The notes under the pieces were generated by a model, which saw only the letters and a program-made list of their open reading frames with translations, did no database searches and was not told where the DNA came from. A DNA stretch of 64,000 bases from an uncultured delta proteobacterium (lineage in GTDB: Bacteria; Desulfobacterota; Binatia; UBA9968). This document shows, piece by piece, positions 55,475-64,000 of the stretch. A program made the translations under genes and the position numbers. Each line of letters begins with the position of its first letter. Position 1 is the stretch's first letter. The stretch spans positions 352,001 to 416,000 of the forward strand of contig CAVSHR010000009.1 in assembly GCA_963727625.1 (NCBI GenBank). The letters run 5' to 3'.

Positions 55475-57988
55475 TTGAGCGCCCAATCCGCAAACTACTA
55501 CGCCGAAATTTTAGCCAAGGTAAAACTCTTCGCCGGCCTCGAGCGGGTCGATTTTGCGCGCTTGGCGGGTTACGCCGAGTCGCAGCCGGTAAAAGACGGC
55601 ATTACGGTATGCCGCGAGGGGGACAAGCTTGACTGTATTTACGTCGTCGCGCGCGGCGCCTTCGGCATATTTGCGTCAACACCCGACGGTCTTGGTGAAG
55701 TGCGGCGGGAAGGTTTGGCGCCGGGCGATTTTTTCGGTGATATGGCGCTCATCGATGACGCGGCCGTAGCACCCACCGTGCGCGCTGAATCCGAAGGCGA
55801 ACTCTTGCGCTTGGACCGCGCGCGCGTGATCGAATTCCTTCATTTGCAGCCGACGACTCTCCGCGCGGTAACCGCGATTTTGCACCGCGGCCAAACACAG
55901 AACGACACGCCAAGCGCTACGCCGGCGCGAAAGCGCGGGGGAGCGGCGCAACGCAGTGTGGCGCAGGAGCGTATGGCCCGCGCGCTGATGATGGTCGAGC
56001 TCGGACGCTTGCCAGCCGAGCGCCTCAACCGAGTATTACAAGCCAGCGTGTTGGAGGAAGTTTCTTTACCGGCGTTACATCTGCTTTTTAACGAAGCAGC
56101 GGATGTGGTTGCCCGCGACTTGAGCGAGCTAGGTATCCGGCGCGACCGCAACAGCAAGTCCACGCTGCAAGCGTTGCGCGTGCGATTCGAACAAGAACAC
56201 GGCAAAGAAGCGACCGCAGAATTTCTTCGGAACGCCATCGAAAGCTTAACTGGCGCGCAGCGCTGGGACGAAGCGTTGGCAATCTTAAATCGCATCGGTG
56301 ACCGCACACACTTGGTCAAAACCCTGGGTGAAGCGCTCCGCGCCACCCCGCCCTTGTCTAGCGAGCGCGCAAAACAGTGGCTGGAATCGCTCAGCGATGA
56401 CGATACATTAGCCGATGGCCAAGTGCTGCTTGGGCGCGCCGCCAAATTGGAAAGCCAAGGCGAGCGGGAAGCGGCGGCGCGCTTGCTGCGGCGCGGGCTC
56501 GGAAGCGGTCTGGCCGGCGCCGATCCGATCATCGGCCAGCAAATGGCGAGCGAGCTGTCGCGTCTGGCCACCGAGGCAACCAAACCGCGAGGAAGCTCGA
56601 CGCGCAAAGGCAACGCTACAGGAAACATCGTTGCGATCAGCGTTTCTGTGCTGCTCGCCATCATCGCGGCATTCTTGGGACCGGCCAATGCTCAAGGAAA
56701 ATTTCTATTGCTGCTGCCGGCGGGTCTGGTGCTTTGGATCAGCGGGGTCTTGCCGGAATTTGCCGCCGGATTCCTTCTCGTAAGTTCCTGGGTTCTATTC
56801 GGTGTCGTTAAGCCGGCGCAGGCAATGGCAGGTTTCGCGTCATCAAATTGGGTCTTTGTGGTTTCGATACTTGGGCTGGCAGCGGCAATTTCTAGCTCTG
56901 GACTTTTGTTTCGAGTCGGTTTGCTGCTCGTGCGTCGCATGCCTCACAGCTTGTTTGGACAATCTTTAACTCTATTGCTCACGGGTGTTATCTTGTCACC
57001 CCTGCTGCCGCAGAATAAGGGTCGAGTAACCCTAACCACTCCGCTTGCGCTTAGCCTGAGTGACGCTCTTCGCTTAAAGGAGCGGAGTCCGGCCGCGGTC
57101 GTGTTAGGCATGGCGACCTGGGTGGGCTCGACTCAACTTAGTTTTATGTTCTTAAACGGCGGGGCACTTAATCTCTTGGCGTGGGGACTTTTGCCCGAAG
57201 GCAGCCGTTTTCACTTCGATTGGATTCGCTGGCTCATCGCCGCTGCGCCACTCGGGATATTCGCTGGCATAGGAGTCCTCGCGAGCATGTTCCTGGTACT
57301 TCGGCCCAAAGCCACTACTGGCGTTTCACGTGAGCGAGTCAACTTCCAACTTGCCGTCCTTGGGCCTTTCACGAAACGCGAGTGGATCATGACATTGATA
57401 ATTATCCTAATGGTGATCGGCTGGGCAGGTGCCACCGTGTTTCGTTTGGACATGGGCGTGATTGCATTGCTTGGGCTACTCGCCTCGGTGGCAACTGGGA
57501 TCTTCGATAAAAAAGCGTTCAATCAGCTCGACTGGAACTACCTGATTTTATTTGGCGTGATCGCAGGAGTTTCCCAAATCATTGCTTCCCTGGGACTGGA
57601 TAAAACTTTAGCCGAAGTCGCCGGCACAGCTCTCCTTCGATTTGGCCATCAACCGTTTTTCGTTATCCTAGGCATAGCGAGTCTGAGCATGCTTCTCAAC
57701 CTGCTATTATCGCAACAAACAGCACTACTGATAATTGGTGTCACCTTAATTCCCGTTGCTCCGCTGATCAGTATGGAGCCATGGGTTGTTATCGTCACAG
57801 CTTTGTCAGTCTCTTCCATGTGGTTTTTGCCCACCCAGACCACAAGCTATTTATTGGCATACTCGACATCAGAAGGCAAACTTTTTTCCCATAGCCAAGC
57901 ACGCCAAGTTTCGTTTATCTTCGCGGCCGTGATACTCGTGGGATTGGTTCTTACGGTTCCATACTGGCGTTGGCTTGGTTTGCTTTAG
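55475..57988 (+). CDS. cNMP-binding domain + helical region + SLC13/DASS-like permease
   Basis: LFAGL...REGD...YVV..G...GDFFGDMAL at the N-terminus; multi-TM C-terminal half with AMAGFASS.W.FV, LG..T.RE and LDWN.LILFG. Confidence 0.75.
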   Translation: MSAQSANYYAEILAKVKLFAGLERVDFARLAGYAESQPVKDGITVCREGDKLDCIYVVARGAFGIFASTPDGLGEVRREGLAPGDFFGDMALIDDAAVAPTVRAESEGELLRLDRARVIEFLHLQPTTLRAVTAILHRGQTQNDTPSATPARKRGGAAQRSVAQERMARALMMVELGRLPAERLNRVLQASVLEEVSLPALHLLFNEAADVVARDLSELGIRRDRNSKSTLQALRVRFEQEHGKEATAEFLRNAIESLTGAQRWDEALAILNRIGDRTHLVKTLGEALRATPPLSSERAKQWLESLSDDDTLADGQVLLGRAAKLESQGEREAAARLLRRGLGSGLAGADPIIGQQMASELSRLATEATKPRGSSTRKGNATGNIVAISVSVLLAIIAAFLGPANAQGKFLLLLPAGLVLWISGVLPEFAAGFLLVSSWVLFGVVKPAQAMAGFASSNWVFVVSILGLAAAISSSGLLFRVGLLLVRRMPHSLFGQSLTLLLTGVILSPLLPQNKGRVTLTTPLALSLSDALRLKERSPAAVVLGMATWVGSTQLSFMFLNGGALNLLAWGLLPEGSRFHFDWIRWLIAAAPLGIFAGIGVLASMFLVLRPKATTGVSRERVNFQLAVLGPFTKREWIMTLIIILMVIGWAGATVFRLDMGVIALLGLLASVATGIFDKKAFNQLDWNYLILFGVIAGVSQIIASLGLDKTLAEVAGTALLRFGHQPFFVILGIASLSMLLNLLLSQQTALLIIGVTLIPVAPLISMEPWVVIVTALSVSSMWFLPTQTTSYLLAYSTSEGKLFSHSQARQVSFIFAAVILVGLVLTVPYWRWLGLL

Positions 57989-58104
57989 AAATTACATCCT
58001 CCGAACTGATTTTAATTGCCGGAAGTGACTGCGATTCTGCTGGGGCAAGACAACCCCAAGGGTTTGGTTGGCATCGCCGATTCGAGCCGCCTGACGGCAA
58101 AAGG

Positions 58105-58209
58105 TTACATATCCGCCTTTACCCCATTCTTAGCGCGCTCGTCAGCAAACATCTTTTTTATCCACTCGTCGCCTTCTTCAAACTCGATCTGCTCGACGCC
58201 GCGCTCTTC
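58105..58209 (-). pseudogene. Displaced duplicate of the last 35 codons (stop included) of the cupin gene at 58789-58893
   Basis: Encodes EERGVEQIEFEEGDEWIKKMFADERAKNGVKADM*, versus EERGVEQIEFEEGDQWMRQMFAKECAKNGVKVDM* in the intact gene. Confidence 0.85.
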
Positions 58210-58292
58210 GTCCGGGTATCATCGTGCAGAAATTTAGGCAGAGCGTTATCGGCGCTATGGCTCCGGCGAGTTTTGCGCTATCATTGGAACTT

Positions 58293-58532
58293 ATGAGTCC
58301 TACGGTCTTCCGAGAAAAAGGATATCGGTTTTATTTCTTTTCTCGCGAGGAATCACGAACTCATGTTCACGTGTATTGCGGCGACGGAGAAGCAAAATTC
58401 TGGCTAGATCCGCAAATCGAATTGGCGAGAAACTATCGCTTGACAAGGACCCAGATCAAGGAGATCGAATTAATTATCGAGGATCACTACGATGAGCTTA
58501 AGCGCGCTTGGCAAGAACACTTTCCCGATTGA
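58293..58532 (+). CDS. DUF4160-family protein (TA-like pair)
   Basis: MSPTVFREKGYRFYFFSREESRTHVHV...EAKFWL...AWQEHF. Confidence 0.85.
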   Translation: MSPTVFREKGYRFYFFSREESRTHVHVYCGDGEAKFWLDPQIELARNYRLTRTQIKEIELIIEDHYDELKRAWQEHFPD

Positions 58533-58752
58533 AGTTACCCAGGTTTCGAGCCATGGCATTTGGTTGTTAACCAATGACCACGAGCTGTTCATATCTTATG
58601 AGCATTTTCCATGGTTTAAAGATGTTTCCGTGGGAAAGATTCTCAACGTCCAAGAACCAACTCCTGGCCACTTTTATTGGCCTGATCTCGACGTCGATCT
58701 GAGCGAAGAAATCATCGCCCACCCAGAGAGGTTTCCTTTAAAATCCAAGTAG
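58492..58752 (+). CDS. DUF2442-family protein (TA-like pair)
   Basis: EVTQVSSHGIWLL...FPWF...YWPDLDVDL...HPERFPL. Confidence 0.85.
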   Translation: MSLSALGKNTFPIEVTQVSSHGIWLLTNDHELFISYEHFPWFKDVSVGKILNVQEPTPGHFYWPDLDVDLSEEIIAHPERFPLKSK

Positions 58753-58788
58753 CTGAGAGACGGGTTTACGAAACCCGGAGCAGGTGTT

Positions 58789-59841
58789 TCACATATCCAC
58801 TTTCACCCCATTCTTAGCGCACTCCTTGGCAAACATTTGCCGCATCCACTGGTCGCCTTCCTCGAACTCGATCTGCTCGACGCCGCGCTCTTCCCCTTGC
58901 ACCGCCGTGTTGGCGTGCAGGGCGACGAACTTACAGGGCTGGTTGCCCGTGTTGTAATGCTGGTGCCAGGCGCCCGCCGGCGGCGAGATCACCGTGCCTT
59001 CATGCCAGTCGTAGCGTTGCGGCTTTTCGCCATCCTGCCACATCAGCGTGTATCCGGTGGAGTCGAGCAGAAACACATGGGCGCCGGGACCGTGGCGGTG
59101 GGCTTTTTTGTAACGGCCGACGGGGAACTCCGAAACATGGGCGAGCATGGAACCTCCCGACATGTGGATATACATATTGCGCGTGCCCTTGCCGCGTTTT
59201 TCCCTCGGCACTAGATTGATCTTGCGGATGTCTGGAATGAAGTTGGAATGCAGGATGCCGCCGTAATATTCCGTGAAGTACTTGCCTTCCTTTGAAAAAA
59301 ATTCGGGATCGCCGGGGTCGAAGCGGTCCTTGAATTGATAATTGGTATTATAGATAAATTCCGGATCGCGGTAGAGCTCGAAGGCCACGGGCTGGCTGGT
59401 AAGCGCAAAATACCGGCAGGGCTCCGTGCCGCTGGCGTTGAAGTGTTGAAACCACGAGTTGAGCGGGATGGCGAACGTCGAACCTCTTTCCCACTCGAAG
59501 GTCCGCTTCGCCGTGCCTTCGTACCAGATCGACGTGGCGCCCCGTCCCGCGGCGACCGTGACAATCTCTTCGTAAAGTTGGCGCTGCGGCTGGGCTTGCT
59601 TTCCCGGATCGATCTCCGCGATGTAGGCGTCGGCGACCATTTGATCCGAAAAAGTGCAGATCGCGCCGTTGCAGCCTTTGCGCTTCCAGTCGCCGAGCTT
59701 TTCGGTACGTACGTCCTGGACAAAGGCGCCGCCGATAATAGGCACGCCCTCGGACTCGATCCATTTCCTATAAGGACTGTACTTGTCCAGCATGAATTGG
59801 ACATAGGGATGAACTTCAAATTCCTTCGTAGGTCCCGCCAT
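58789..59841 (-). CDS. Bicupin protein (gentisate-dioxygenase-like fold)
   Basis: FEWERGSTFAIPLNSWFQHFN and KAHRHGPGAH...WHQHYNTG; RBS gaggagg. Confidence 0.8.
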   Translation of the reverse strand: MAGPTKEFEVHPYVQFMLDKYSPYRKWIESEGVPIIGGAFVQDVRTEKLGDWKRKGCNGAICTFSDQMVADAYIAEIDPGKQAQPQRQLYEEIVTVAAGRGATSIWYEGTAKRTFEWERGSTFAIPLNSWFQHFNASGTEPCRYFALTSQPVAFELYRDPEFIYNTNYQFKDRFDPGDPEFFSKEGKYFTEYYGGILHSNFIPDIRKINLVPREKRGKGTRNMYIHMSGGSMLAHVSEFPVGRYKKAHRHGPGAHVFLLDSTGYTLMWQDGEKPQRYDWHEGTVISPPAGAWHQHYNTGNQPCKFVALHANTAVQGEERGVEQIEFEEGDQWMRQMFAKECAKNGVKVDM

Positions 59842-59950
59842 AAACCATAACCTCCTCATGGGCCCGATGACAGCGAAGTTACAGCGCGCATGGAAGCCCT
59901 GTCAATTCGCTGCCCGCCGTCACGACGGCGCCGGGATGACCGCCTGCTTG

Positions 59951-59994
59951 TTGACAAGAAAATTTCACTACGATAAATGAAACAAAAGTTTCAT
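59951..59994 (+). promoter_or_regulatory. Putative rpiR promoter (TTGACA) and palindromic operator ATGAAAC-N4-GTTTCAT
   Basis: ttgaca at 59951; perfect 7-bp inverted repeat at 59977-59994 overlapping the start codon. Confidence 0.6.
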
Positions 59995-60835
59995 GGCCGC
60001 CATCAAAGAAATCCTGACCAAGGTCAAATCACTCAACGGGGCGCAGCGCAGGCTCGGCAACTATCTGCAAAACGATAGTTCCGCCTTGCTGCTTTCCAAC
60101 GTGAACGATCTTGCTCAGGCGGTGGGCGTCAGCAAAGCGACCGTCGTTCGTTTTGCAAAGACCTTGGGTTACACGGGATTTCCCGAGCTCAAGCGCGACA
60201 TCCAGAAAGAGATGCGCCGCAAGCTGCGCGCCGCGGACCGGATGAAGGAGACCTTCGCCGAACTGGGCGACGATGAAAATATTTTCGCCAAGTTGATCAA
60301 GCGCGACATTCAGCTGCTGCAAGAGACTCTGCAGGCGGCTTCGTTCACAGAATTTCAAAAGGCCGTGGAAGTGATCTTACACGCCCGCAAGGTTTTTCTC
60401 ATCGGGCTCAACGCCTCAACGGCGCTTGCTTACATTCTCTATTTTAGGCTCGTGCGGGTAAAAAAAGACGCTCATTGGATCTTTTTAACCGGCGGTACTT
60501 CGCTGGTGGAGCAACTCGCATTCATGGAACCGGCGGACGTCCTGATCGCCATCGATTTTCTAGAAGTGCCTCGCGAAGTCCAGAGCGCGCTGCATCACGC
60601 CAAGAAAATCGGCGCGCCGATTCTCGGTATCACCGACTTTCCAAGTTCACCCATTGCCAAGGCAGCAAAGGTCTGCCTTTATGCAAAGCGCGGGCTACAT
60701 ACTTCGGTCAACTCGCTGACCCCGGCCTTCTCGCTGGTCAATGCTTTGGCGATCGCCGTCGGCTGGGCAAAGAAGTCCGACTCGATCAAAGCGCTCACAG
60801 ATTTAGACACATTATTGGAAGAACGCGGGCTGTAG
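59993..60835 (+). CDS. RpiR/MurR-family transcriptional regulator
   Basis: LAQAVGVSKATVVRFAKTLGYTGFPELK HTH followed by an SIS domain. Confidence 0.9.
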   Translation: MAAIKEILTKVKSLNGAQRRLGNYLQNDSSALLLSNVNDLAQAVGVSKATVVRFAKTLGYTGFPELKRDIQKEMRRKLRAADRMKETFAELGDDENIFAKLIKRDIQLLQETLQAASFTEFQKAVEVILHARKVFLIGLNASTALAYILYFRLVRVKKDAHWIFLTGGTSLVEQLAFMEPADVLIAIDFLEVPREVQSALHHAKKIGAPILGITDFPSSPIAKAAKVCLYAKRGLHTSVNSLTPAFSLVNALAIAVGWAKKSDSIKALTDLDTLLEERGL

Positions 60836-60861
60836 CACGGCCCAAACAAAGAAGGAGAACG

Positions 60862-61857
60862 ATGATGGCGACAAAATTAAAATTTGGGCTGCTCTTACCC
60901 CACTTCGGCGAATTCGCTTCAGTGGAACGGTGCATCGAAGGATCGAAGAAAGCCGAGGCCTACGGCTTCGACTCGGTTTGGGTGCGTGATCACTTGGTCT
61001 TCGAACCGCATGGCATGGAAGGCCACGATAATTCCCATATTGAAGGGCTGCTGATGCTCGCGGCGATCTCTTCGGTGTGTAAGAAGCTCACACTCGGCAC
61101 CGGTACGGTCATCTCGCACAGACATCCGATCCACCTGGCTCAAGCAATGGCCGGTTTGAGTGCGCTTTCCGACGGCAAAGTGATCATGGCAATCGGGCTC
61201 GGAACGTTCAAGCATGAATTCGAAGCGGCCGGGTTTAAAGGCAATACATTGCAGGACCGGGCGGATCTTGCGAGAATCAACTCCGAACTCTGCCGCCGAC
61301 TTTGGCAGGGCGAGAAGGTGACGTATAAAGATCGGTTTTTTGATTTCGCCGATGTCGACTTGAAGCCAACGCCAAAGCAGCCGATTCCGATCTGGTACGG
61401 CGGCGGCACTCCGGCTTCTTGCCGGCGCGCAGCGGAGTACTGCGATGGCTGGATGCCCGGACGCATCCCGATGTTGACCTTTATTAAAATGGTCGGTTAC
61501 CTCCGCGAGCAGTACAAAGCGCAGGGACGGCCGATGGGTACCGTCGGCGCGATTCCGATTGTCAGCATCGACAAGGATCTCGATACCGCGCTTAGCAAAG
61601 TCAACACGCCGGGATTGATCAAGGAAGGTAACAATCCCAGCAAGAAGACTTGGGTTAATTTCGGCAACTTCAAGAGCTATGACGATATCCGCGGTCTCCT
61701 GCTGGCGGGCAAGCCTGAAGATGTCGTAAAGGATACAAAGGAGTACGAGAAGAACGGTTTAGACCACATCGTTTACGATTTGCGTTTCCGCTACGCGGAT
61801 TGGTACGAGCAGATCGATTACCTGGGCAAAGAAGTGTTGCCGGCACTAAGAGCGTAA
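60862..61857 (+). CDS. LLM-class flavin-dependent oxidoreductase
   Basis: FGLLLPH, GFDSVWVRDH, PIWYGG and DGWMP motifs; RBS aaggag. Confidence 0.88.
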   Translation: MMATKLKFGLLLPHFGEFASVERCIEGSKKAEAYGFDSVWVRDHLVFEPHGMEGHDNSHIEGLLMLAAISSVCKKLTLGTGTVISHRHPIHLAQAMAGLSALSDGKVIMAIGLGTFKHEFEAAGFKGNTLQDRADLARINSELCRRLWQGEKVTYKDRFFDFADVDLKPTPKQPIPIWYGGGTPASCRRAAEYCDGWMPGRIPMLTFIKMVGYLREQYKAQGRPMGTVGAIPIVSIDKDLDTALSKVNTPGLIKEGNNPSKKTWVNFGNFKSYDDIRGLLLAGKPEDVVKDTKEYEKNGLDHIVYDLRFRYADWYEQIDYLGKEVLPALRA

Positions 61858-61863
61858 ACGCCC

Positions 61864-61939
61864 TTCAAGTCGTTCAAAACGTTGTGCAGGTCGGAATCAG
61901 ACGATTTGAACTGTTTGAACGAATTGAACGGATTGAACC
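61864..61939. repeat. Intergenic TTCAA/TTGAAC inverted repeat cluster (REP-like)
   Basis: ttcaagtcgttcaaaacgtt ... gatttgaactgtttgaacgaattgaacggattgaacc. Confidence 0.65.
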
Positions 61940-61960
61940 AGATCAATAGTGGAGTTCAAA

Positions 61961-62881
61961 ATGCGTACCGAAAAAGTTAACTTTTACAGTGAGGGCATAA
62001 AGCTCGCCGGCGTGCTCTACCTGCCGGATTCCGATCAGGGCAAGCCGTTTCCGGGAATCGTCCAAGGACCCGGCTTTCTCGGCCTCAAGGACGCCAAGCA
62101 CTACATCATGATGTTCGACAAGCTTTGCGCGGCCGGCTACGCTTGCCTTTGCTTCGACTATCGCGGCTGGGGCGACAGCGAAGGCGACCAACGCGGCTGG
62201 GTCATGCCCAAATGGCAGGCGGAAGACATCCGCAGCGCGCTCAGTTACCTGGAAAGCCGTCCGGAAATCGATGCCGATCGCCTTGCCACCTACGGCTCCG
62301 GCGGCACCGGCGGCGGCAATGCCGTCTATGTCGCGGCCATCGACTCGCGGGTCAAGTGCTGCGTCAGTTATCTCGGTGTCAGCAGCGGCCGCGAGTGGCT
62401 GCACTCGATGCGCCGGGAATATGAATGGGTCGATTATTTGAAAAGCATCGAGGTCGACCGCAAGCAGCGGGCGCTCACCGGCAAAGGTGCGATCGTCAGC
62501 GCGCGCGAAGGCGGTATCATGGTGCAAACCCCGGAGCGCCAAGCGACGACAATTAAAAAAGAGGTCGCGGATAAAATTCCCGACGCCATGCCGCTCGCCT
62601 GCGCCGAGGCGATCTTGGAATACAGCCCCATCGACGTGGTCCAGAAGATTTCTCCCCGGGGCGTGCTGTTCATTGCCGTCGAGAACGATGCCGTCACCCC
62701 GGAACAGCAGTCTTACGATCTATACGAAAAAGCGGGTGAGCCCAAGAAACTTGTTCTCTACAAAAAAACCACGCACTACGGCATCTACAACGATTACTTC
62801 GACGATGTCGCAGCCAACGTCGTTGACTGGTACAATCGCCATCTCAGGTACCACAGGGTCGAAATCACCGAAAAGCAATAG
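61961..62881 (+). CDS. Alpha/beta hydrolase (X-Pro peptidase/AidA-like fold)
   Basis: LAGVLYLP, FDYRGWGDSEG, YGSGGTGGG, ENDAV and THYGIY motifs. Confidence 0.8.
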   Translation: MRTEKVNFYSEGIKLAGVLYLPDSDQGKPFPGIVQGPGFLGLKDAKHYIMMFDKLCAAGYACLCFDYRGWGDSEGDQRGWVMPKWQAEDIRSALSYLESRPEIDADRLATYGSGGTGGGNAVYVAAIDSRVKCCVSYLGVSSGREWLHSMRREYEWVDYLKSIEVDRKQRALTGKGAIVSAREGGIMVQTPERQATTIKKEVADKIPDAMPLACAEAILEYSPIDVVQKISPRGVLFIAVENDAVTPEQQSYDLYEKAGEPKKLVLYKKTTHYGIYNDYFDDVAANVVDWYNRHLRYHRVEITEKQ

Positions 62882-62890
62882 GAGCTAGCC

Positions 62891-63913
62891 ATGAATAAGA
62901 TTTCCTTTGGCGTGAGAGTGCCGAATTCAGGTCCGCTTTCCAGCATCGAAAACATCGTCAACGCTGCCAAGTCGGCCGAAGATTTAGGCTTCGATGCGCT
63001 CTGGGTGCACGACCACGTGGTGTGGAGCTCGGAGATGCACCGCCATCATATTTCATCCGGCGCGGCCGAAGCGCTCGCCGATACCCAGGATGCCAACTTC
63101 TTCGAAGCCACGACGATGCTTTCTTACCTCGCTGCGGAAACGAAAAAGATTGTTTTGGGCGTCGCCTGTTTGGTCATGCCCTGCCGCAATCCGATATACG
63201 CCGCGAAACAATACTCGACTCTGGATCACCTCGCCAAAGGCCGTCTGCTGATCGGCGTTGGTCTTGGCTCCAAGGCGACGCGCGAGTCGGACGAATTCGG
63301 CGTTTTCGGTGTGCCCTACGAGCGGCGCGGGGACCGCACCGATGAATATATCCAAGCGATGAAAGAGATTTGGACTCAACCCCTCGCCGCTTACAAAGGC
63401 GATTTCATCGAGTTCAAAAATGCCGAAGTCTATCCGAAGCCGTTTCAGAAACCGCATCCGCCCGTGTGGGTCGGCGGCTGGATGAAGCTCGCCGCCAAAC
63501 GGGCCGGCAAATATGGCGAAGGCTGGATTCCCGGCTGGCTTTCGCCCAAGGAGATGAAAGTCGGCTGCGGCATCTTGGCGCAAACCGCGAAGGACAACGG
63601 CCGCGATCCCTCGAAGATCACCATCGCCGTTGAGAAACTCGCGACCATCGCCAAGACGCGCGACGAAGGCCTGAATCTAGCGATGCCCACACTCAAGACC
63701 AGCAGCGAGAGCTACGAGCGCGACATCGACAGTATGCAGTTCGCCCTCGACCGCCATATATTCGGCTCGGTAGACGACGTGCGCCGGCGCGTCGATGAAT
63801 TCATCGAAAACGGCGTGCAGCACTTCGAGCTCAAGGTCATCTACCCGACCATGGATAGCTTGAACCAGCAAATGGAGCTCTGGGCGGAAAACATTCTGCC
63901 GCGGTACAATTAA
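62891..63913 (+). CDS. LLM-class flavin-dependent oxidoreductase
   Basis: FGVRVPN, GFDALWVHDHV and PKPFQKPHPPVWVGG motifs. Confidence 0.88.
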   Translation: MNKISFGVRVPNSGPLSSIENIVNAAKSAEDLGFDALWVHDHVVWSSEMHRHHISSGAAEALADTQDANFFEATTMLSYLAAETKKIVLGVACLVMPCRNPIYAAKQYSTLDHLAKGRLLIGVGLGSKATRESDEFGVFGVPYERRGDRTDEYIQAMKEIWTQPLAAYKGDFIEFKNAEVYPKPFQKPHPPVWVGGWMKLAAKRAGKYGEGWIPGWLSPKEMKVGCGILAQTAKDNGRDPSKITIAVEKLATIAKTRDEGLNLAMPTLKTSSESYERDIDSMQFALDRHIFGSVDDVRRRVDEFIENGVQHFELKVIYPTMDSLNQQMELWAENILPRYN

Positions 63914-63915
63914 AG

Positions 63916-63994
63916 ATTGGAGTGTTGGAATAATGGAGTAAATGAGTATTGGGTCGAGAAATCACCCATGACTCCCATGCTCCATTACTCCAAT
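63916..63994. repeat. Palindromic TGGAGTA/TACTCCA 8-mer repeat element (REP-like)
   Basis: attggagtgttggaataatggagtaaatgagtattggg ... cccatgactcccatgctccattactccaat. Confidence 0.7.
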
Positions 63995-64000
63995 GAGTTG

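Noticed and set aside
32489-58752. Prophage, ICE or DGR explanation for the island and the TBDR variation
   Set aside because: No integrase, phage, conjugation or reverse transcriptase genes are in the window, and the TBDR differences are not adenine-specific.

Overview
Bacterial window with a GC-rich backbone. Gene content and the intergenic TTGAAC/TGGAGTA-type repeats suggest a Deltaproteobacteria-like host such as Ca. Binatia (inference only). In order: (1) 1-3.8 kb, a partly decayed LysR/cupin/aldo-keto reductase/Zn-ADH/DUF2255 cassette. (2) 3.6-15.2 kb, a minus-strand GH15-tkt-rpiB-tal/pgi-gnd-zwf-glk-pgl pentose-phosphate operon. (3) 15.4-25.5 kb, an arsM/arsS-type organo-arsenic (arsenosugar) cluster with a PiT transporter, interrupted by an orphan PrnC-like halogenase. 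(4) prfB with its programmed +1 frameshift, ybeY, a solute-binding protein, ferredoxin and catabolic genes. (5) About 32.5-58.8 kb, an accessory island bounded by toxin-antitoxin-like pairs. It holds four paralogous FAD-linked (aldonolactone-oxidase-like) oxidases, a broken and atypical lipoxygenase, and two near-identical TonB-receptor+YfiR units whose receptors differ mainly in predicted loops. It ends in a CHASE8-type hybrid kinase, two receivers, a MinD-like ATPase and a cNMP-SLC13 transporter. (6) A cupin/RpiR/LLM/hydrolase catabolic cluster. The best candidate for an undescribed system is the island, a tandemly duplicated 'oxidase pair + receptor + YfiR' array that appears to feed one shared phosphorelay/MinD output. 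All family assignments come from motif recognition by eye; no searches were run.
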